From: an uncultured Bdellovibrionales bacterium
GTDB lineage: Bacteria; Bdellovibrionota_C; UBA2361; CAZKXU01
Assembly (NCBI GenBank): GCA_964556665.1
Contig: CAZKXU010000001.1
Span: 36,078 to 100,077, forward strand
Direction: 5' to 3'
Length of the DNA: 64,000 nt
The notes beneath the pieces were generated by a model. The model was not told the origin of the DNA, did no database searches, and was given only the letters and a program-made list of their open reading frames with translations. The translations under genes and the position numbers were made by a program. The first letter of the stretch is position 1. Each line of letters opens with the position of its first letter. This document shows, piece by piece, positions 58,587-64,000 of the stretch.

Positions 58587-60602
58587 TTAAACTTTTAATA
58601 ACTCCATCTGTATCTCATTAATTGCATCACGCAGACTTGCTGCACGTTCGAACTCTTTTTTAGATGCCGCATCAAACATCTCTGCTTTGAGCTTCTCTAG
58701 GAGAGCTAATTGACCATTTCTATCTTTTGGTATTTCCGTGGCTAGATTTAGTGCTGAGAGTTTCTGAGCAGTAAGATCAATATCAAATTCACCTAATAGA
58801 GAGGATTTCATCTCACTCTTAACAGAGTGAGGAGTAATGTTATTTTTTGCATTAAACTCCGATTGAATATTTCGTCTGCGCTCGGTCTCTTTTATAGCCT
58901 GCCTAATTGAATCCGTCATCTTGTCTGCGTATAGAATTGCCCTGCCTTTAATATTTCTTGCAGCACGACCCATAATTTGAATTAATGAACGTGTGGAGCG
59001 TAAAAACCCCTCCTTGTCTGCATCCAGTATCGCTACCAAGCTTACTTCAACTAGATCAATACCTTCACGAAGCAGATTGATGCCGATAAGAACATCAAAG
59101 TCCCCTCTGCGCAGGCCGCGCAGTATTTCAACCCTTTCAATGGTTTCGATATCAGAGTGCAGATATTTTGAGCGCACTCCGATCTCACGCAGATATGCGG
59201 ATAGATCCTCAGCCATTCTCTTGGTTAAAGTTAAGGCCAGTACCCGTTCTCCTGCCTGCACTGTTTTGCGGATTTCATCTAACAGATCGTCAACCTGATT
59301 TGTTGCCGGCCGCACATGGATTTCAGGATCAATTAACCCAGTTGGCCTGTTAATCTGCTCTGCAATATAAGGCTTACTCTTCTCAAGTTCAAATTCCCCA
59401 GGAGTTGCAGAGACAAATATTACCTGGCCTGTTCTCTCCCAGAACTCCTCAATATTAAGAGGTCGGTTATCGAGTGCTGAGGGCAATCTAAACCCGAAAT
59501 CAACTAAGGTCTGTTTACGAGAACGATCACCCCTATACATGCCGCCAAGCTGAGGTACAGTAACATGGCTTTCGTCGATGACTAGTATGAGATCCTTTGG
59601 AAAATAGTCGAGCAGGGTGGCTGGAGGAGCACCTGCCTCTCGACCTGCTAGGTGACGGCTGTAATTTTCAATGCCTGAACAAAATCCGATCTCCTGCATC
59701 AGCTCAAGATCATATAGTGTACGGTTCTGTAGCCTTTCCGCCTCCAATATCTTCCCTTTACCGCGCAGCTCAGAGACTCTTTCCTTGAGCTCTGCTCGGA
59801 TGCTTTTAATTGCGCGCTCAACTGCGGGACGGCCGGTAACGAAGTGGCTGGTTGGATAGATTGCACATGTCTCAAGCTTTCTCAGCACGGTGCCGCTAAT
59901 AGAGTCGATCTCCTTTATCTCCTCAATTTCATCACCAAAGAATAAAATCCTAATTCCCTTGGCATCTTCATCAGCAGGAAATATATCGATAGTCTCGCCG
60001 CGCACTCTAAAAGTTCCGCGGGTAAATTCAAAATCGGTGCGTTTATACTGCATATGTACTAATTTCTTGATCACCTCTTCACGCGGCAGTTGCTCGCCGA
60101 CTTCCGCAAAGAACATCATCTTAAAGTATTCATCCGGTGCTCCTAAGCCATAAATACAGCTTACGCTTGCTACAATTATAGTATCGCGCGCCTCTAGAAG
60201 AGCCTTTGTAGCACTGTGACGCATCTTATCGATCTCTTCATTTATAGCTGAATCCTTTTCGATATAGGTGTCGGTTGATGGGATATAAGCTTCGGGCTGA
60301 TAATAGTCGTAGTAGCTAACAAAATATTTTACACGGTTTTCCGGGAAAAACTCCTTAAACTCACCATAAAGTTGCGCTGCTAAAGTTTTGTTAGGGGCGA
60401 TGACCAGAGCAGGGCGATTCGCATGCGCTAATAGATTAGCGACTGAGAAAGTCTTTCCCGATCCAGTTACGCCTAATAAAGTTTGAAACTTTATTCCGTC
60501 TGCTATGTTCTTTTGCAGAGCTGCAATTGCCTGCGGCTGATCGCCGCGTGGCTCAAATGACGATCTTAGTACAAATGGTATGTTTTGTATGGATGGAGGC
60601 AT
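58587..60602 (-). CDS. uvrB: Excinuclease ABC subunit B
   Basis: [11 protein letters not shown] Walker A, helicase motifs, C-terminal UVR domain, 671 aa. Confidence 0.95.
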   Translation of the reverse strand: MPPSIQNIPFVLRSSFEPRGDQPQAIAALQKNIADGIKFQTLLGVTGSGKTFSVANLLAHANRPALVIAPNKTLAAQLYGEFKEFFPENRVKYFVSYYDYYQPEAYIPSTDTYIEKDSAINEEIDKMRHSATKALLEARDTIIVASVSCIYGLGAPDEYFKMMFFAEVGEQLPREEVIKKLVHMQYKRTDFEFTRGTFRVRGETIDIFPADEDAKGIRILFFGDEIEEIKEIDSISGTVLRKLETCAIYPTSHFVTGRPAVERAIKSIRAELKERVSELRGKGKILEAERLQNRTLYDLELMQEIGFCSGIENYSRHLAGREAGAPPATLLDYFPKDLILVIDESHVTVPQLGGMYRGDRSRKQTLVDFGFRLPSALDNRPLNIEEFWERTGQVIFVSATPGEFELEKSKPYIAEQINRPTGLIDPEIHVRPATNQVDDLLDEIRKTVQAGERVLALTLTKRMAEDLSAYLREIGVRSKYLHSDIETIERVEILRGLRRGDFDVLIGINLLREGIDLVEVSLVAILDADKEGFLRSTRSLIQIMGRAARNIKGRAILYADKMTDSIRQAIKETERRRNIQSEFNAKNNITPHSVKSEMKSSLLGEFDIDLTAQKLSALNLATEIPKDRNGQLALLEKLKAEMFDAASKKEFERAASLRDAINEIQMELLKV

Positions 60603-60712
60603 GTGGCAGTATCATATCACAATTAATGAATTGGAAGGAGAACCATAACTATAGTAATTCGTGAGCTACATTTTAAGGACTTCACCTAAGGGCGCGTCAT
60701 TATGTGCACGAG

Positions 60713-61159
60713 TTATGCTTTCTTCGTTTTTATAATTGCATCGACACTATACTTGCCGGCCCCTGTAATAAGTAAGCTAAACAACATGAAAAAATAGTAG
60801 AATGGGACCTCAAAGCCGTTGTCGCCACAGCTAAAGCCGTGCTTAAGGTGTACGGTTTGTATCGCCACTATCATTACTACCATTAAAGGGATGGTGATAA
60901 TGCGCGTGCCAAGTCCTAAAAATAACAGAACAAAACCGATATTCTCTGTAGCAGTTGCCATAACTGCATTTATAAATGGAAATGGTATGCCCATGCTTTC
61001 AAACCAGCTAACTATACTGGAGAAATTAGTGATTTTCTTTATAGCTGGATCAAAAAATCCATAGGCTAGGATCAGCCTAAATATTAGTGGCGGAAGGTTT
61101 GTGCATCGATCTAGTACCAATTCATACTGAGAAAATTTTTTTTTTACTAGTTCCATCAT
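60713..61159 (-). CDS. DoxX family membrane protein
   Basis: RLILAYGFFDPAIKKI DoxX-like start and hydrophobic helices. Last gene of the MNIO operon. Confidence 0.6.
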   Translation of the reverse strand: MMELVKKKFSQYELVLDRCTNLPPLIFRLILAYGFFDPAIKKITNFSSIVSWFESMGIPFPFINAVMATATENIGFVLLFLGLGTRIITIPLMVVMIVAIQTVHLKHGFSCGDNGFEVPFYYFFMLFSLLITGAGKYSVDAIIKTKKA

Positions 61160-61163
61160 AATA

Positions 61164-61913
61164 CTATTCCTCGGTGTTAAGAAGTAATCCAGAATTTAAA
61201 GCAGCATTAATAAAATTCTCTCCTTCTGTGGCGGATATTAAGGCAGCATTCCTTAAGATCTCCTGCAGATCCACTACCTGATCTCTAATGTAGTCGCATA
61301 ATTTTATAAGGGCTGGAGAGATCTCTACAAAGTTAACTTTTAGTAAGGTCCTGTGTCTATATGCAATTAAGTGGTAATTCCCCTTATGTAAAGGGAGCTC
61401 CTGAAACTTAATCCGATGTACTGGGTACTGTAGCCGTATATGTCGATGTTCTGGGTTAAGCAGCACCCCCTTTTTCCCTGCAGAGTGTGCTTTTTTTACT
61501 GCCATATCAGAGAGATCAGGCATCATGAAAACTTCTATCTCTACCCATTCAAATAATAAAAGATCGGCAAGCGCTAAGCAGTTCATTAACTCCGGTAGCT
61601 TGTTATCAACACAATATTGCATAAACTCCTCTGGCATGCGCCATAATTGTGGAGAGGATGAGCGATGCTGTCGCATGAAGCGGCTGACCAGAAAATACCA
61701 ATCAGTAGGTTTTAGTACTGCGTTAGTGATCGGATAAGCTCGTTTAAGCGTATCTTCAATTCCATTCCAGATGAGGTCTCGATATATTCTACCACGCTCC
61801 GGCTTTACGCTAGGAATATAAGTCTCTCTTCCTGTTCTACTCCAGCTCGCTAAGGCTGATTGATAAACATGTGTCTTAGGGCTAAGCAGCATTTTGATGC
61901 TCCCATGAGGCAT
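61164..61913 (-). CDS. DUF2063-family partner protein (HvfC/MbnC/BufC-like)
   Basis: Overlaps the DUF692 gene by 32 bp. Size and position are typical of MNIO partner proteins. Confidence 0.5.
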   Translation of the reverse strand: MPHGSIKMLLSPKTHVYQSALASWSRTGRETYIPSVKPERGRIYRDLIWNGIEDTLKRAYPITNAVLKPTDWYFLVSRFMRQHRSSSPQLWRMPEEFMQYCVDNKLPELMNCLALADLLLFEWVEIEVFMMPDLSDMAVKKAHSAGKKGVLLNPEHRHIRLQYPVHRIKFQELPLHKGNYHLIAYRHRTLLKVNFVEISPALIKLCDYIRDQVVDLQEILRNAALISATEGENFINAALNSGLLLNTEE

Positions 61914-62727
61914 TCATGATGCTCTCTAGTTGCATCATCTCCGCCGCCAATTCTGAATATTGCGGAAAGTTAAAATCTCTCTCGAGTAGTACCGGTACTG
62001 GCTGCAGTTTCTTGGTGGCATACGAGAAAAGCTTAAAAACATCTGCAATAATAGGCTTCCCATGGGTGTCTATGATCAGATCCTCAGCTCTTTTTTCATG
62101 TCCAGCCATATGAATGTATGAAACTCGTTGGAGCGGCAAGCTATCTATAAATTTATAAGGGTCATACTTATGATTGAATGAATTAACATATACGTTATTT
62201 ACATCTAATAGGAGGTTGCAATCTGCCTCATTAAGAATGGAGGTAAGAAATCTGACTTCATCCATTTCCGGTGCAACTTCGGTATAATAAGAGATGTTTT
62301 CGATCGCAATGCGCATCTCTAGAAAATCCTGTACCTCTCTAATTCTACGGACTAGATGCTTTACTGCATCTTGGCGGAAAGGGATTGGCAGCAGATCGTA
62401 CAGGTGAGCGTTTTCACATTTGCAGTAACTTAGATGCTCAGAATAGATCGAAATATTAAACTGTTTGAGGAAGGTCTTTATTTTAGAAAGAAAATCCCAG
62501 TCCAAAGACTCAGGGCTTCCTAGTGAAAGTGAGAGTCCATGACAGGTAAGTGTGTAACGCTCAGAGATCGAGTGTAAAGTTTTACTCCAGAAACCACCTA
62601 TATCCATCCAGTTTTCTGGAGCAAGCTCTACAAATTTGGGCTTGTAACCTAGATCGCTTAGTAATGCCTCTGCTAAGTCACGTCTAAATCCAAGCCCAAC
62701 TCCTGAAGGGATCCTGGCTATGGGCAT
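61882..62727 (-). CDS. DUF692 multinuclear non-haem iron oxidase (MNIO; MbnB/HvfB/BufB-like)
   Basis: Signatures GLGFRRD, SEHLSY, LLDVNNVYVN, IHMAGH, IDTHG. 281 aa. Confidence 0.8.
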   Translation of the reverse strand: MPIARIPSGVGLGFRRDLAEALLSDLGYKPKFVELAPENWMDIGGFWSKTLHSISERYTLTCHGLSLSLGSPESLDWDFLSKIKTFLKQFNISIYSEHLSYCKCENAHLYDLLPIPFRQDAVKHLVRRIREVQDFLEMRIAIENISYYTEVAPEMDEVRFLTSILNEADCNLLLDVNNVYVNSFNHKYDPYKFIDSLPLQRVSYIHMAGHEKRAEDLIIDTHGKPIIADVFKLFSYATKKLQPVPVLLERDFNFPQYSELAAEMMQLESIMNASWEHQNAA

Positions 62728-62730
62728 CTG

Positions 62731-63024
62731 TTACTCTCCACACTTACCTTCACCGCATTTTGCCTCAGCGCCCTTATCCTCTTTTTTCCCTTCACCGCAC
62801 TTTCCTTCACCACACTTGCCCTCTCCGCACTTTCCCTCGCCTGACTTATCAGCTTCATTTGAGATCGCATCGGAGTTGGCGCCATTTAGAGCTAGAATTG
62901 ATGATCGCACCTGCAATCCAGATCCAAGGAAAGAAAAGCCCGATTCGGCCTGTATGCTATTCACGCCAATCAAGGCACCGGCTACAACAGAGAATTTTGC
63001 AACGTTTACAAGAGTCTTTTTCAT
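62731..63024 (-). CDS. Secreted RiPP precursor with six EGKCG repeats (HvfA-like)
   Basis: Sec signal peptide, then GEGKCGEGKCGEGKCGEGK...AKCGEGKCGE. Stop lies 4 bp before the MNIO start. Confidence 0.65.
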   Translation of the reverse strand: MKKTLVNVAKFSVVAGALIGVNSIQAESGFSFLGSGLQVRSSILALNGANSDAISNEADKSGEGKCGEGKCGEGKCGEGKKEDKGAEAKCGEGKCGE

Positions 63025-63082
63025 ATAGTGCGTTCCTTTAAAATATTAATTATTAAATTTATCCAGACGTATTATACTAATT

Positions 63083-63277
63083 GACAAAATAACGTACCGT
63101 TATTTTGTCTGTCGGCCTTTGACCATCCGTGGCCAAAGGCCTCCTCGAACGGCTTGAAACGGGTCCCCGAGCGCCCATTTCAAGCCGTTCTCCGAGCCTA
63201 CGGCTCGTCCTGGCCATGCATGGCCAGGCTATAGCAAGTGACAGAATAACGCTACGGTATTCTGTCACTTGCTATAG
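63083..63277. repeat. Family B element, copy 3
   Basis: Near-identical to 8637-8830. Produces the spurious MAKGLLERLETGPRAP ORF, which also appears at 8683. Confidence 0.85.
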
Positions 63278-63405
63278 TGCTACTGAGAGTGCGGGCAAGA
63301 CCACGCTTCGCGTGGACTTATTGAAGCTTGCGTTGCAAGCATTTATCTTACGCTGCCTGGTAGCAGTCCACTGCCCAGGCGCGCCCCGCTGTCCCAGTAA
63401 CTCGA

Positions 63406-64000
63406 CTATCCAGCTAGCTCAAGCTTATGTTTATCTTTAAAAGTCTGCAAGATCATAGCCATAGCGGCATCAACCTCTGTATTTTCTAAGGTTCTATCAG
63501 GGCTTTGAAATGTGAGGCGATAGCTTACGCGCCTGAACTCCTCCCCTTCTTTTTTAAAATCATCGACGATTGCAACGGAAATTAGTGCGGTATTCTTCAG
63601 CTCGAGGGCGTAATGAATTGCCTCTGAAGCTAACCGTTTCATCGGGAATTTAATTGTAATATCACGCCATGCTGCAGGAAATAGTGATGGTGTATGGTAT
63701 GAGCGCTCAGATGCCACTCGTGCAAGGGTCGCTACATCGAACTGGGCATAAATAAGATCAAGTTTTGTATCCAAGCGCTCTCTAATCAATGGATGGAGTA
63801 GCCCAAAGTGGCCCAATATTTGACGTCCTGATTTAAAAGCCAACTGACTGCCTGGGTGAAGAAGCGGCTCTTTAGATTCAACCACTGTAGCTTGAAGGCC
63901 GATTGCAGTTAGCAGTCCCTGCACTACCCCCTTAAAAAGCATTAAACGATCGGCAAGAGACTCACCTTTGCGCCATTCATTCTCAAACCACCGTCCAGCG
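63406..64000 (-). CDS. pheT: Phenylalanine--tRNA ligase beta subunit, C-terminal part (gene continues past window end)
   Basis: C-terminal FDX-ACB-like domain (RRVSYRLTFQSPDRTLENTEVD). The 63942 Met is internal. Confidence 0.6.
   Translation of the reverse strand, partial: AGRWFENEWRKGESLADRLMLFKGVVQGLLTAIGLQATVVESKEPLLHPGSQLAFKSGRQILGHFGLLHPLIRERLDTKLDLIYAQFDVATLARVASERSYHTPSLFPAAWRDITIKFPMKRLASEAIHYALELKNTALISVAIVDDFKKEGEEFRRVSYRLTFQSPDRTLENTEVDAAMAMILQTFKDKHKLELAG

Overview
Roughly mid-GC bacterial chromosome segment (GC judged by eye, not computed) with about 55 protein-coding genes, and no rRNA, tRNA or CRISPR array that I could recognise. Housekeeping genes: two M16 peptidases, single-chain glycyl-tRNA synthetase, ArfB, UvrB, UvrC and the 3' end of pheT. 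Futalosine-route menaquinone genes: one true radical-SAM MqnC/MqnE, UbiE/MenG, UbiX, a UbiA-family prenyltransferase, and two unusual MqnC/E-fold paralogues that lack the CxxxCxxC motif, one fused to an MqnA-like domain. Accessory content: a pabAB-like pair; an oleA-oleBC-oleD long-chain olefin/beta-lactone type cluster; a visibly GC-rich gene for a Pro/Ala/Glu-repeat protein; a 15-kb block that looks like a Dot/Icm-like (type IVB-like) secretion system (VirB4/DotO-like ATPase, VirB8/9/10-like core, VirD4/DotL-like coupling protein); a class II lanthipeptide locus (ProcM-like LanM plus a precursor with a tandem nitrile-hydratase-type leader and a Cys/Thr-rich core) immediately beside the T4SS; and an HvfA/bufferin-type RiPP operon (EGKCG-repeat secreted precursor, DUF692 enzyme, DUF2063 partner, DoxX). 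At least four families of highly structured palindromic MITE-like repeats sit in intergenic DNA and create spurious ORFs. Gene calls rest on motifs read directly from the translations. Family and organism assignments are inferences that need database searches I could not run.
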